Source: Tubulanus polymorphus | Lineage: Eukaryota; Animalia; Nemertea | Assembly: GCF_964204645.1 (NCBI RefSeq) | Contig: NC_134029.1 | Coordinates: 806,001-870,000 of the forward strand | Direction of reading: 5' to 3' | DNA: 64,000 nt | Shown here: piece by piece, positions 12,745 through 26,587 of the stretch | Layout: each line of letters begins with the position of its first letter | Numbering within the stretch: position 1 is the stretch's first letter | Position numbers and translations under genes: made by a program | Notes under the pieces: model-generated | Told to the model about the DNA's origin: nothing | The model's input: only the letters and a program-made list of their open reading frames with translations | The model's database searches: none

Positions 12745-13371
12745 GAGTTTGTCATGTAAATCACTTATAGCGTTCGTCGACCAATATGGCGTGCTCAAGT
12801 CATGCACACGGCTGCAAGACCTCTATACACCTTGCATTGAAACATGCCATGTTTCCTTCTTTCGCGATAAATCTTTGATCCATTAATTTTTCGTGGATGG
12901 AAATAGTTCGAATAAAATGTTGATTGAATATTATATTTCTACGTTCCATGTAAAAGGTAAATAAAATATTGTAAAGTGGGATCTATTTATATTTCCAATA
13001 AAATTATTGATCGTTGATATTTCTAAGAATAGATGTGTCATATGTTTCTTTTGCTGTCTAAACTTCGTTGACGTCTGGACTTACATGGATGGTTTGTAGC
13101 AGTAAGGCTTAACCAAAAGTAAACACTTTTCTGCGTTAGGGGTCATTCATTTATTACGTACGCATTTGGAGAGGGGTAAGTGTAATTGTGTACTGTAATT
13201 CTTGACCTTGACTCAAATCATCTCCCGAATCAGACGAAATTGAAACCTTTGAAAAAAAAGCATACCGGTAAATGATCCAATATAATAATAGTATATTCAT
13301 TCACAATTGTTCATAAGAAATATAAATGATTTAAATTTTATAGAATATAACTTTTGTATTAACATTATTAG

Positions 13372-13458
13372 GCTGCTGAGGGCTGACAGCACCAAGTACC
13401 GCTGCTGAGGGCTGACAGCACCAAGTACCGCTGCTGAGGGCTGACAGCACCAAGTTCC
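13372..13458. repeat. 29-bp tandem repeat x3
   Basis: gctgctgagggctgacagcaccaagtacc repeated three times with no spacers. Confidence 0.9.
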
Positions 13459-15091
13459 AGTTCTAGATTGAAATTTGGCTTTCAGTTAAAATATTTGGAA
13501 CTGAACTCTAAAGTTTACCAGTCACGAGTTAACTTCACAAGTGATCTAGTGATTTATTGTTCTCTGCTGTCGTCTGAGACTCTGCAGAGGTAAATTAGTT
13601 CATTTTCAATTAGTTTCACTAGAGTAAAATCTTGACTCACAACTGGAGGATTGGAGCTGGCTACAGGCGTTTAGAAGCTCTCAGTAGCTCAATTATCTAG
13701 ATTTTTAAATCACATGAGTTAAAATTCCTAAATTTGATAAAAACATTTCATAAGAGTAACTGGTAAAAGTACAGGTAATTACATAACAGCAGTGTTAAAA
13801 TGAGACTAAGATCACAGTTCAACATCTACAGTAGACTGCAGTCACGAGCCATTTCCAATCCATTGATTCCTGCTTTCACTGCCCCACGATTCACATACCT
13901 TTGAGAGAATTCTAATTTATTGGAGATATCCGAGGCAAGCAGAGTCTTGTGTTCCATTCATTTTCTAACAGTGGTTGGCTATATCTCTGAGACTTAATAC
14001 GCTGTGAAGTTTAGAGGCGTTCAGCACAAGTGATGAAAATACAACAGAGGTGGAGGGAATTTACAATTCGATTCGATATGACATCATCACAGTAAAAAAG
14101 TAAAAAATAAACAATTTCGATGTGATACAACGGTACATGTAAGTACAAAGACATAAACAGACAATAGTCTCATACAAATACTCAAACACTATCAGTTATA
14201 GCCAGGTTTCCAGCTTCAGGGTTGGGAGCTATGAAATATCTAATTCATTTGTCATAATTTGTTTCAATACGTATTTTACGTGATAATGATCTGATACAGA
14301 TTCACAAATCACTCTAATGCATGTAATCTATCGCTGTACACACTAGTGCATGCACTGTGTTCACATGTCATGTTCACATTTTTTATTATAAAGTTAACAA
14401 GAACTATATACAAATCTACCCTAAATATCACATGATTATAACCTGTATTTGAATTATTACTCGATGATGTATATGTATTTACTGATTAAAATAAAGTACT
14501 GAAAACTTCACCCAAGTCGAATCCGATCAACTCTGATAATCGTTGAACTCTGATGTTTATATTTGGTGACACTATATATGAAATACGTAACATCCAACTC
14601 GAATTTCATTTAAGTCAGACACATTTTTATAGTTTCAAATGACCCGACTTGAGCGAATCTCCTGTCTCTCAGCATGGAGGTGACACCACTGACCACCTTC
14701 ATCACTGACCCTTCTCAACACCTTCCACTGACTGCAGTGTATGAATCAAGTGATCCCTAATAGTTTGTTCACATACAAATAAATACATCTAAACTAAGAT
14801 ACTTAGTCTCTATGTAATACATAAGTATTCATTTTAGTCACATATGATAAGATTAAGGCTTAACTTGTAAATGATTATTACATGATTAAACAAAAATTCA
14901 TTAAAACCAAAAACAATATCGATGACAATCTAAGAAATAATCTAATCTTAGAAGCTCAAGCGGAATATCCTCTAAGAATCCAAGACACTAGGATCCAGAC
15001 TAGCAGTTGTTTGTCGAGTCTGACCCAATAGTTTCTTCAGTCCTGGTTTATATCTATGAGTACAATAGAATGTCCTCCACACTGACAAACA

Positions 15092-15497
15092 TTACACGTC
15101 ACACTCAGTATTTGATGTTGAACTACCAGGAATGTCAACAGTTAAACCGCTACTGGAAGGACTGCTAGATTTGTGTTGTGCGTACCATCCGTTCGTACAT
15201 AATTTACAATTGGCACAATGTTCATTGAAAATCTGCGAGCACGCGTTACACTGGCTGATGTGTCCATCATCTTTATATAGAATGCAGAATACTGGACACA
15301 CGGTGAAATGCTTGGAAAATTCCAAAATATGGAACACTTTCACCACATCAGGGTGTCTTCTGTGAAGAAAGCTCAGAGACTTAACCAATTCGCTCTTATT
15401 GTATTTCCTTAAAATATAAAGATACAGATGATATAAGTTGAAGCAGGTTTCTATCTGCTAACTATATCCTGCACCCCTGGATTATCTGCTATTTGTA

Positions 15498-15582
<85 letters not shown>

Positions 15583-18500
15583 TCTCCCTCTCCCTCTCCC
15601 TCTCCCTCTCCCTCTCCCTCTCCCTCTCCCTCTCCCTCTCCCTCTCCCTCTCCCTCTCCCTCTCCCTCTCCCTCTCCCTCTCCCTCTCCCTCTCCCTCTC
15701 CCTCTCCCTCTCCCTCTCCCTCTCCCTCTCCCTCTCCCTCTCCCTCTCCCTCCCTCTCTGTCTGCTGTCCGCACCCAGCACAGCAGATTGTCTGAAGGGA
15801 TGCAGGATTCACAGCTTCATTCAGTATAGAATTATCATTTGCCATTATAACCACTTACTCAATCATAGAAATGCAATTTTGTGGAGTATCTTCTCCAATC
15901 AAATCCAGCCAAACACTGAAGAAAATCTTCCAAAGAGTCACGTCACGCTTCATGAATTCAAACAACCTTTCATCGATAAGTGCCGGTCGTGCCATACTTT
16001 CATCATACTTAATCACAAATGCTTGTTTTTCTAGCTCACCGAGTATATAGTGCCCCAGGTCACAGGCATTCACTGCACATGTGATATTACCTATGAGAAC
16101 GAAACAAGATTTAATGCGCCACGAATTGAAACGAACATTTAGAGAAAAGGGTGATTGTTTAGATTTGAGAATTATTTTTTCAGAAAATTCCAAAAACTTA
16201 CCAATACTAGGTTTATATCTACCAAAGTCTTCAAATATACCACGATTGACATTGCGATTATAAGCTGAAATAATCACCATTATATTAATTAATTAATCAT
16301 TCAGATTGATTGTTTCATACAGAACTGAATTCAATATCTCACCTGATGACGTCGTTTCTATCGCGTTATTATTTTGAGCGTCTGGAAATTGAAGAATAAG
16401 AGATTTAAGTTCAAACATTTGATCTAATAAATCAGCAGCGTGGAGTCTGAATGTCCACTCTCAGCCTGCACCCTGGAGCCCCCTCACTCTGGAGCCTCCA
16501 GCCACTCAACTAGGATCCGCAGCCCCCTCACCCTGGAACCTGTGCCCCTCAACCTTCACCCAGCATCCCACAAGACATTGATAACTTATCATTACACTGA
16601 TCTTCCACTCTTCACTACATTGTAATATTAAAGGGTGGTTCGGGGCAGCACGACCCTGTTCAAATGATATCTGTCCATTATTTCCATCCTAAAGTCAAAC
16701 ACCCGAGAACTGTTGAACTGGATGATGTATGAATCAAATTCAAACTCACAGTTATCATTCGTAGGTGTAGAATCTTCGTCAACTGTAATCTTTATATCAC
16801 GCTGATCGACAGGTGGTGGGCCGGTGCCATTAGCTGTCAACACTGATTCCCCATGATTCGATGGTGGGCCGCTTCCATTAACTACTAGTAAACAAATACA
16901 TTTAGATATATCAAACTTTGATTCAATCATTCATGCGCACATTTCATACTGGGTACTCACCAACTTGTTTATCACCATTACTAACACTTAAGGGAACTGT
17001 AATACAATACAAGTGTTATTCAAAATAAACTTATGATTCTAGTAATGAATAGTTGTGATCCACAAGAGAAGGTATAATTAATTAGCAACACAACTTAATC
17101 ATTTATTAATTAACACAAAATTTTAAGCAAAGCAATTTACTGATGCATACCTTCTTCGGGACTATCCGATGGAGTAGAAGATAAATATTTTTTCCTAACA
17201 CAGTACACAACAATTATAACTATCAATGCTACTCCTGCAATCACACCTACTGTAATTTCTACAACACGAGATGAGCCGCCATTATCCGAAGCACCTTTAG
17301 AAATAAAAGTGATTAGATTAAAAAGACCGTGCTTTATATAAAACGCAGATTGAATGTGATCTTACCTGAGGTAGGTACAGTACTAATAGGAATCACAGGT
17401 GGAGGTTGATCGGTACCATTTATCGTCTCATTCCAAGTCAACAGTTCATCTGAGCAGGATAACGCCTGTGTCCGGCCGTCCCAATTTCTATCCAAATATG
17501 AAAAATACAGAGTGAGTTTACACAGCAATAACATCATTCTAACATCATTGGGCAGGGCTCGATTTTGGTAGCATCCCAGTAGGCCTATACAAGATTTTTT
17601 GTCACTTTACTAGAAATTGAATGAAATTATCCTGATAGGGTACATGAAATTTCTGATTCAACCAATAGATACCATTCTTTACCATGTTTTCTTGATTATA
17701 TACTTAAATCAAAGGCTGAAACTGGGATACTACGACACAGCGGGATACCAACAATGGAAGATCACACGTATCCAGAGAACACTCTCCAGAATTGTAAACA
17801 TCGATAGGATTGCATAAATCGAGCCTTGATTAGAAAGCCCTCCTCGAGCCAAAGAAATTACAGAATCTCACAGTTCTTTAAACAGCTAATCTTAAACTGA
17901 CCCGTTTAATACTCTTACCTGAATAGAACTGATTGGCCGCTGAAATTATGAGTACGTCCGACTGTCTGTTTTTCAATTTCATGTACCTTCCACGGAGGAA
18001 CATTGGGGCCCTCGCCTACACTAATATTCCATCCGTTGAATCTACTCAGAGTAATCAGCGGCCCGATAGACATCCATCCGTACTCGATACTGCCACCTAT
18101 TGGAATCTCTGATACCAATGACGAACAGGCTGTAATACAAAACGGTATGATTTACTAATAGTTGCTCTGGAAGAATATCTAAGGGCCCAGATTTATGAAA
18201 AGCCAAACTCAGGTTTTTTATATCCTCCGTCTAGCTTATTTCGTGTTTTCAATGAGGACAACAATTCAAACTTAACAGTTTTAAGCTTAAACTTCTCACG
18301 AAACCCCAAAAATCTCTTAAACACATAATATAATCCAGTTCTTCAACAATTCTTTGTCAATATATCGCTCCGCGGTTCATAACTGGTTCGTGGTGAATTT
18401 TCAAGACAGGCATTGAACCCAGGAGTCCCAAGATAGGGTAGATTTAACTTTGATTTGAAATAATTTCATTTTAAATGCTTTAACTGCGGAGTCAAATTTA

Positions 18501-19322
18501 AACCATGGAGAATTCGGTGAACTGGGTCCGCGGCGAACTGGGTCTGCGGCGAACTGGGTCCGCGGCAAACTGGGTCCGCGGTGAACTGGGTCCGGAGCGA
18601 ACTGGGTCCGCGGTGAACTGGGTCCGCAGTGAACTGGGTCCGTGGTGAACTGGGTCCGGAGCGAACTGGGTCCGCGGTGAACTGGGTCCGCGGTGAACTG
18701 GGTCCGCGGCGAACTGGGTCCGTGGTGATTTACGTACCTGGAACTTTTGAAAGATCTCGTATATCCTCCGACATACACTGACGTACATTCTGCGGCCGTA
18801 CAGTGGGATCAACAGGGTACGAGGTCTTACAATGATCATTAAATCTTAACGTTGGATCATACGGGTTTCTCAAATACTTCAGCAAATCACAGTCGATGCA
18901 GTAATTTATACCTCGTTCATTACAGTACAATCTGTAACAGAAAATCAGTTTCACAATTCACATCATGATTTAGGACATTTCATATGTTTAACTAGTTCCT
19001 TTAGTTTCATCTATTATAGATTTCTTAGATGTCATTTGTAAATCATTTAAGGGTACTTTCCGTTTCGACCCAATATGTGGCCAGTTTGTTAATGTCTGGT
19101 GATTAGTTGTAACCCGATCATAAGCTTGTGTTTGCCTGTTTAATGCGGTGACCAGCTTTAGACCAATCAGAACACTGACTCTGTTTGACCTGAATGAACT
19201 ACTTACTGTTTGGGTAAATTTAGATCAAGATGTCGACACTGATCGTCCATTTTCACCGCAGTTATCAAAAGCAATAGGCAAAGGCCTTTTTTGTACAATA
19301 TTTTCACTTCTCCAAGGTTCAT
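15092..19322 (-). CDS. Uncharacterised type I membrane receptor (about 535 aa): signal peptide, 6-Cys N-terminal module, TM, death-domain-like region, Cys/His-rich tail
   Basis: Eleven phase-consistent GT-AG exons: 19322-19207, 18931-18738, 18129-17919, 17487-17366, 17294-17151, 16996-16961, 16884-16750, 16381-16343, 16264-16202, 16090-15859, 15407-15092 (1608 nt). Hydrophobic N-terminus [11 protein letters not shown]; [22 protein letters not shown] followed by RKK. Confidence 0.8.
15499..15759. repeat. (CT)n plus (CCCTCT)n pyrimidine tract, intronic
   Basis: Directly visible; explains the GR/ER/SP low-complexity ORFs. Confidence 0.97.
18516..18727. repeat. 16-bp minisatellite, about 13 copies, intronic
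   Basis: Unit ggYgaactgggtccgc in tandem. Confidence 0.95.
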
Positions 19323-21933
19323 GTTGATTGAATGAGGATCAGTTTGTTTTTAGGTTTAGCTGTAAATAATAGAAAACAACGAGCGTCGGTGAAAATCAAA
19401 ATGTCGAAATTTTAAATCAATTGTTTTGTTCTTTAAACGTTAGGCCTATATCGACGGGATACTTTTCTAAATAGATATAAGCCCATCCATTCGGCAAGTC
19501 CTATTCCAATTGGTATAAGATCTATATTGTCAATTGGGTACAAAAGGCAAAGCAATTTTTCAGGTGTTGCCATTTATTTGACTGAGCTTGAGGTCAAACA
19601 TTTTTCATCACCTCCCCCTCGCGATGACACCATAGCAATCCCTTCTATATACGCAGGGTAATATAGATATAAAACGATGGTCTGTTGTGAGATTTCGTTG
19701 TGAGATAATTGTCGGAGAGTGGTGGTTGAAGGCTCGTTCGAAGCAGAAAGTCTTCTAGGTTGTATTAAAGCTTATTTCGTGTGAATCGGTTGAGAATTTT
19801 TGGAATTACAGTCGATTGAAGTGGAGAAGTCATTGTCAGATTGAAAATTTGTTGCCACCCTTGTTTTTATATTATACAGGGATAGTGGATCTGGTCATTG
19901 ATATTGGTTTTATTCATTCACTATCAATTGTGACAAGTCCCTGTGGCTGTGGTTGTGGACAGTGGACATGACTACTGTCACTGACTCGTGACTGTCACTG
20001 TCACTGACATGACTACTGTCACGTCGGGGAAAGAGTTTAATTCATGAAATAACTATCATTTAGACTCACTTACTGGAAACCTGTTTTATGTATATATTCA
20101 ACTGGTCCAGTACTGATCCATCTATTTGTCGCAGATCGTTCGTTCATGGAAACTTCAAGTCAATTAAATTAAATTCAATTCAATTTCACCTTCGCCAAAA
20201 GTCTAGACTGGTTGCCTGTCCCAAAATATTAGACTAACCAGTCTAATAATGTTTGGACGCTAACAGGGAAACGCTCCGGGTTGGAACTTCTTATCAATAC
20301 TAACCTAATGGCTTTGCTCCATTGACTAGAAATACATGAAGTAGCCTTTTCCTTCCACTTGTAATTCTCACACGCTAGACATTTTTTTTCGCAAATAAAG
20401 ATTTTAATCAGTTTAAAGCCGTGAACGCATTCTCTTCCATGTGACACGGAGCATGACTGACAAGTAGGTGCAATGATGGACAATTCTACTATGGAAGACG
20501 GCATGCCAGTTGCCAGTTGCTAGTTGCCATTTGCTAGTTGGGCTTGTTGCCAATTGCTAGTTGTCAAATGCCACTTGCTAGTTGAAGATTTTTTCGATCC
20601 GTTCACGCTAGCGCCACCTCAATATATGTTTCCTTCCAAGATATTTACCATAAGGCAAATCTATCACGTCATATTTAATTTGATTTTAAGTAAAATCGTA
20701 TAATTAATCCTGGCAAAATCAAATTTGATTTGGTCTAATCTTTGAATTTAACACGGTATCAAATTCAAATCGATTCATCAAATCACTTTAGGTGCAGCAG
20801 TGAATTTGTAGCACTTTTTTAAGTGAGCCCAAAATCTCACCGGTAAAAAATTCCTGATGTAAATAGTAATAAATAGAACAAAATACAGAGAACATAATTT
20901 AAAAAAAAATAAACAAAACTACATAACAAAATTAAAAAAAAAACAAATAAAACTATAAGTAATAAAAAGATAAACAAAACCAACAAACAATAAGTTAATA
21001 TAGGGCTCCGTCATCAGGAATTTTTTCCTATCAACTTAATCTAATTATTAAAGGTTCTTCTTTCATAGAACAACCTTCTCCGTGTTTCCCAACCTCTTGA
21101 GATCCTTTCTGTTGTTGTTTTAAGTGTTCTATCGGACAGTTAGTAATAAACAAAACAAATAACCATAAACCTTAACTAAATCAAACACACTAAAAAATAA
21201 CTGATTCGATAAAATGCTTCGAATAACTGATGAAAGATCACGCGTCCTTTTACCTATATACCACACCCTATCACTGCTGTAACTGTTAATTGTTTTAAGG
21301 ATAATATTTGGGAGATACATTTTACTTTTTTTTAGAAAGAATGTTAAACAGCTATAAACATGATTAGTTATCGATAGTAAAATCATTGTCATGTTTTCCC
21401 TAAAATAACATTGAATTAAATGAGCGAACTGATAATGTTTGAAGATCTTTAGTTAAGACAAGGTGCAGCGAAAATTCTAGTTGTCTAGTACAAATGATGT
21501 TAATGAAAATGAAATTTAGAACGTTAAGTTAATACTAAGCTTTCCACGATGACTTAGTAGGATTTGTCTCTTTTATGTTGAGCTGTTTTTAAAGTGCAGT
21601 TCATTTATTTACTAGGAACTTACAAGATAATTCCTCGATTAAATACCTGTCATTTAGCAAGGTGTAATTTTGTCATGAGAATAAAACGACACATACGTGT
21701 TCATTATTCATCTTAAAACTTTTCAATTGGTCAGTTCAGTTTATAGCAACCATCAAACTGATGTTCTATCAAATAAAGTGGAGCAGTATTTTTTATAAAT
21801 GAGGATATATGAACAGTGTTGATTAGTAAATTGTCCTGTTTTGATTGTCAGTTTTACAATGGCTATTTATAGTATATTTATTTTTCATAACTCATGCATA
21901 CAATGTTGGACCGGTTTTATGTGCGCTATATGG

Positions 21934-22401
21934 TTATAGAGGATCCAGTGCTAGCCAGCTGGCAGTGCTTAGAATTAAGGCACTAGACCATTTCAAATAT
22001 CGAAAAAAGTTGTAGATAATCGCTACTATCAACCACGAACTGCTAGCTCCCATAGATGCCATAAAGAATTCGTAGATTTGACAACTGATCAGTGAATTCA
22101 TCATGAAAAAGAAACCGCTGTTTAGATACAAGAGCAAAAATTGTAAAACAGGCATCAGTGTAAAATCAAAACAGAATACAAAATCACTGATAGACAAAGC
22201 GATCAGATAGTTAGCGTAAGATAAACTGCGGAATCTACGACTTATCATTATCAGAAAAGTAGCTGAATTTCCAAAAGCCCCCAGTAAGAAGATAACCAAT
22301 AGAAATACCAATGAAAACATGCGGTAGCTTCCAGACTTATTCTCTACAGACATCATGATGATATAACTGTGGTACGGTCGACTAACAGTCGTTGAATTCA
22401 T
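21934..22401 (-). pseudogene. Truncated rhodopsin-class (peptide-receptor-like) GPCR, TM1-TM3 only
   Basis: TM1 LLGAFGNS (GN), TM2 YLIALSISD (LAxxD), TM3 CQIYEFF...SSSWLIVAI; similarity stops just before the D/ERY motif, stop follows about 28 codons later, no strong donor. Confidence 0.65.
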
Positions 22402-23012
22402 GATTCACCAGCGAGTGAGATATGACGTGTGTGTGTGTGTTGAGGGAAATATATGAAAATTATTTATTTGTTAGCATTAAACTCATATAATCATCAACAC
22501 GCGAAACTGAGTCCAGGAATCAATATATGTAGCTTTATTTGCTGATTTTCAGCATGTAAATTAAATCAGCAACTTTTGATCATTGAATACAATTTACAGC
22601 AGTCGCAATATTCGCAAGAAAATGGAGAAAATGGAGATTGATAACAATTGATCAAAAATTGAGAACTCATAGTGAAGAAGGGTGAAGAAAGTTTAGATAA
22701 ATCATTTCAGTCATTGTCGAACTCAATGTAATCAGATAGAAATCCCCGGACAAAGAAAATTCCCAGATCGAAAAAAAAAACTAAAATGAAAATCATGAAA
22801 TTAATTTTTGATACTTGAATTTTATTGATATTCGTACATATAATATACATATACATATTTACATTGAAGTTATATACTCACATCACATCAAACTAAATGA
22901 ACTACAATTATAGCACCCGATATTTCATCTATATACACCTGGTTCAGTCGTTATCAAATATCACTTCAAACATCCACACGACTTTTTTCAGTTTTTAAGC
23001 AGATATTTCTTT

Positions 23013-23960
23013 CTACCAGTTTTGAAACGGTAGCTGCAGCTGCAGCGGCTGAGTCGTCGTCGTGTAATACGTCGTATTCGCGGACGAAACGATACGCGAA
23101 TGATGCGACGAGAACGCAGCTGTTAACGCAGGTGCGGCTGCTGCAGGTGCCAGTTGTGGGATACAACTGGAGGTACCGGTCATCGCAGCGTATCTATTAT
23201 ATCCAGTTTGTTGGTAAGATCTATAAGGATGGTATGAACTGGGTCGGTAAGTCGGCGGACAGCTCATTTGAACGTAGCCGACGTTGTATTTCTGCGCGCT
23301 ATTTACCGGTATCTCGGGTATATCCAGATCTCTGGTTCCTCGTCGGGCGCGGCGCCGGGCGTTTCGACGACGGAAATCACCGCGAGCGAAATCATCGACG
23401 CAAGCCTGATGAATCGCCCAATAATTCCCTTTACCGTTCTCAGCTCGACCGCACTTAACGAAACATTCGTTCAGGGAGAGATTATGACGTACGCTATTTC
23501 TCCAAGCTTTGTTCGAATTATTGTAATACGCGAAGTTCGTCATGATGTATTCGTAGATATCGTTGAGTACCATGCGTCTATCCGGACGACTGAGTATCGC
23601 CATAGATATCAACGCGATGTAAGAATGTCCCGGTTTATCCTTATTCCTGGTTTGTATCGACGCGGCTTGTTGTTCCAGAGCGAAGATCGTTTCGGCGACA
23701 TCGTCAGAACCGGTCGGCGACGGAGCACTCCTCGGCGAGTCACAGGAAGACGCGATACTCTTACTAGGCGTATCTAAACTACCGTTTAAAGATAACGGTG
23801 ATGGTGTTCGGCGCTGATGTTGATTTTCTTCGAAACCAAACGAATCAGAAATCGGCGATAGACTTCTCAAAGGCGGTAGGTCGATCATCTTACAGCTGGT
23901 TTGATGGTGATTGTGCGGAGTCGTCAAGAACTCGATGCTGAATGGTAGACTGTTGGACAT
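23013..23960 (-). CDS. FoxQ2: Forkhead box protein Q2, single exon, 315 aa, N-terminal eh1 motif
   Basis: Start MSNSLPFSIEFLT (eh1-like FSIxxL); forkhead KPGHSYIALISMAILS...WRNSVRHNLSLNECFVK...NGKGNYWAIHQACVDDFARGDFRRRNARRR is diagnostic of FoxQ2. Confidence 0.93.
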   Translation of the reverse strand: MSNSLPFSIEFLTTPHNHHQTSCKMIDLPPLRSLSPISDSFGFEENQHQRRTPSPLSLNGSLDTPSKSIASSCDSPRSAPSPTGSDDVAETIFALEQQAASIQTRNKDKPGHSYIALISMAILSRPDRRMVLNDIYEYIMTNFAYYNNSNKAWRNSVRHNLSLNECFVKCGRAENGKGNYWAIHQACVDDFARGDFRRRNARRRARRGTRDLDIPEIPVNSAQKYNVGYVQMSCPPTYRPSSYHPYRSYQQTGYNRYAAMTGTSSCIPQLAPAAAAPALTAAFSSHHSRIVSSANTTYYTTTTQPLQLQLPFQNW

Positions 23961-24006
23961 CTTCTCTAGTTTTGAGCGAGAAGAATCTGGTAAACGGTTT
24001 ACAGAA

Positions 24007-24044
24007 AACTGATGACCAGGGCTGGAGTTCGTATGGTATTTATA
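24007..24044 (-). promoter_or_regulatory. FoxQ2 core promoter: TATA box plus initiator
   Basis: Minus strand TATAAATA (24044-24037) about 31-34 nt upstream of TCATCAGTT (Inr TCAGTT at 24012-24007), about 50 nt before the ATG. Confidence 0.6.
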
Positions 24045-26062
24045 CCGAATGCGCCGGGAATTCGCGGACAAACCCGTTAGAAACAAACTTACAAACAACC
24101 GCGTCACAGCGAACAATGCTTGACGTTTGTTAATCACACTTGCCAGCAATGTTGGTCTCACTTGTATCCACTGCTGGCGAGCGATTTGATAAATATTTAC
24201 GAAAATACTGGGCGAAATTTTCAAACAAAATAGAAAACATTATCTCAAACACAGGGCGAAATAAATATGAAATATCTGAAGTCAATTCCACGTGAAACAA
24301 TATGAAAACATGAAAATCGGGTTAGCATGAGGCAGCTGAAATTAATTCAAGTTTATAATTTCTAAAAAGGACAAATTATTCTATATATATATATTACATT
24401 TTCTGAACCCCGATTGTATCTCTTTTCAAAATTTTGAATGAATTGAATATCTTTATGAAAAAAATATCATTTTCAATCAATTTGTTTCAAGTAAATCAAA
24501 GTCATTTTACATTCATGAGTTCAATCTGTTGTTGTATAGTCCAGTACATTTTTCTCGTGTGCGTTTTTGTGAATTTGTATCAAAAAGCATTCATTTTTTC
24601 ATTTTCTACATTTTGACAATAATAATATAATTAATACTATAATAAATGAATATTATTATCATTTCGATCAGAAACACGAATTTAATACGTCAACAATCAT
24701 TCAATTAGTCCCTTCACTAATTTCAAGTAATTGATAGAAATTTACGTGAAATTATTAAGAGTGTAATTATTTGATCAGTGAATTAATCAATAAACGAAGG
24801 CACTTCTAATTATTACTCTTAAATATGTTGTTTGTAGTAATTGCAGTAATCTGACGCGTGTTTCATGAAATATTTGGCGCAAATATTCGGGTGACAATTA
24901 ACATTAAATGTCAAATACGTCAACGGATGCAGTTTGTCATTAAGATAATACACACTGATTTTAAGATCAACTAATTTATTTCAACAATTTTGAATTCTGT
25001 CTAATATTCCATCTGTCATAGTTGTGGTTTGTTTGTGACGGGTGTCGTAGGATACCGTGTCCCTTAGTTTCACCACGAGTAGCACGTTTTTCACACCTCC
25101 GCTGACTATTTCAGTTCAATAGTAATATCGCAACTACGACATCACTTTACCTTCCAACTGACCTCAATTACAGGTTTTTGTTTTGTTTCGACGATTTTTT
25201 ATGAACCGATGGAGTGATTCAAAAGAGAAATCGCAAATCTTCGTCCGGAGAATGAAATATGATGGAATAAGAAAAAAAATACGCAATCATTTTATCAACA
25301 GACAAATTCCTCATTAATTTGAAACGACCACTATAGGTGTTAATCTTGCACGATCCTCTTTGACCTTAAAAAAGATTCAGATTTAATTTGGATTACCATG
25401 CGACAACCAAGCCGGAACAGATTCGATAGATCATAAGATGATTCCCACTTCATAGAGATTTAAACATTAAAAATGAAATATATCTACGTGTCATGAATTA
25501 AAATCAAAAGTTTATGACACGAGGTTACGGTCTTCTTATTGAAAATGTACTCAATCAACTTGTATTCCTTGTTTATTTTCCCGCTTTTTAGTTTTTTCTT
25601 CACAATTAACGATGGTCTCTTGCATTTTTATTCCTTTTATTTTTAATGAAACGGGTATACTCTATAACTTTCTATTCTATTAGATTTGATAGCTACAGGA
25701 TATTTTTTTATATACGTACGCCTAACGCCCCTGACAATTGACAGATAACTACGTAAGTCACGAATACAGGATGGATTTGGACTTGTTTGCGCATATTTTA
25801 CATGTATCGTATTTCTATATAGATTTCTATACGTCCCATTGCACTTCTCGATTAGAACGATACCGAGTTTCCATATACTATCATCACTTATCCGTATTTC
25901 AATAGCGAACAAGATTTAGTTATTGGCTGTTTTAGTGATACGGCGCGTGTATGTCGGCAAAACCAATTATTCAGACGTACTAGAAATATAGAGCTTTAAT
26001 AGCGATATGCGTTAACACTAAAATCAGGGTCTAGAGAGTAAATAATCGCGTATCCGCGGGCA

Positions 26063-26119
26063 CCGGAAGTGACGCATTCATCGGTCGTCTGGTGTTCGCG
26101 GATGAGTGGAGTGACGTCA
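26063..26119 (+). promoter_or_regulatory. ETS-CRE composite site and full CRE upstream of the Kv gene
   Basis: CCGGAAGTGACGCA at 26063-26076 and TGACGTCA at 26112-26119 in a CpG-rich island about 500 bp before the ATG. Confidence 0.5.
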
Positions 26120-26587
26120 TCGTCACCGACCGAATCGAAACGTGCCGGGAGGTAGTTTAAACTGAGAGTTCAGGCAGAATCGGCTCGCTTGTTACCATCC
26201 CCCGTGCATTGCGATCAATTCTTCGTAACGACAATTCTGCTAATTGCTTATTTATGCCTTTAACAGGACGGCGACGACAACTGTTCCCGATCGTTGATGG
26301 CTTTATAAAGGAGATCCAGTCTGTCATTGGACCACGCGACGTCGTGTTAACAGTAGCTTTCAGTAGATCAGAATTCTAATCAGTTGATTCAATGGAACGG
26401 ATATAAAATTGTAATATTCAACTGAATCAGTACCGGATATTCGGAAGCTGATACGCTCTATATCACAGTCAGAATATATACATAGGAACATTAGATAAAT
26501 GCTTACTAAACATGCAATTTGACTCGGGCAGAATGATGACGACGGCATTGATTTAGCCGAATATTTCTGAAATAGACACTATGATAA

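Noticed and set aside
15451-15854. GR/ER/EG/SP dipeptide ORFs (also 30583-30894, 58772-59243)
   Set aside because: Products of simple purine/pyrimidine repeats.
17700-17825. Possible extra Cys-rich exon ([20 protein letters not shown]) in the receptor gene
   Set aside because: Weak acceptor and no good phase-2 donor; flanking exons already join in phase.
23132-23777. Plus-strand ORFs opposite FoxQ2 (also those opposite Kv at 33600-33827 and FKBP8 at 5041-5313)
   Set aside because: Antisense shadows of GC-richer coding sequence with no recognisable motifs.
23961-24224. 88-aa N-terminal extension of FoxQ2 in the ORF track
   Set aside because: Starts at a non-ATG codon and spans the TATA/Inr promoter; ATG 23960 directly precedes the eh1 motif.
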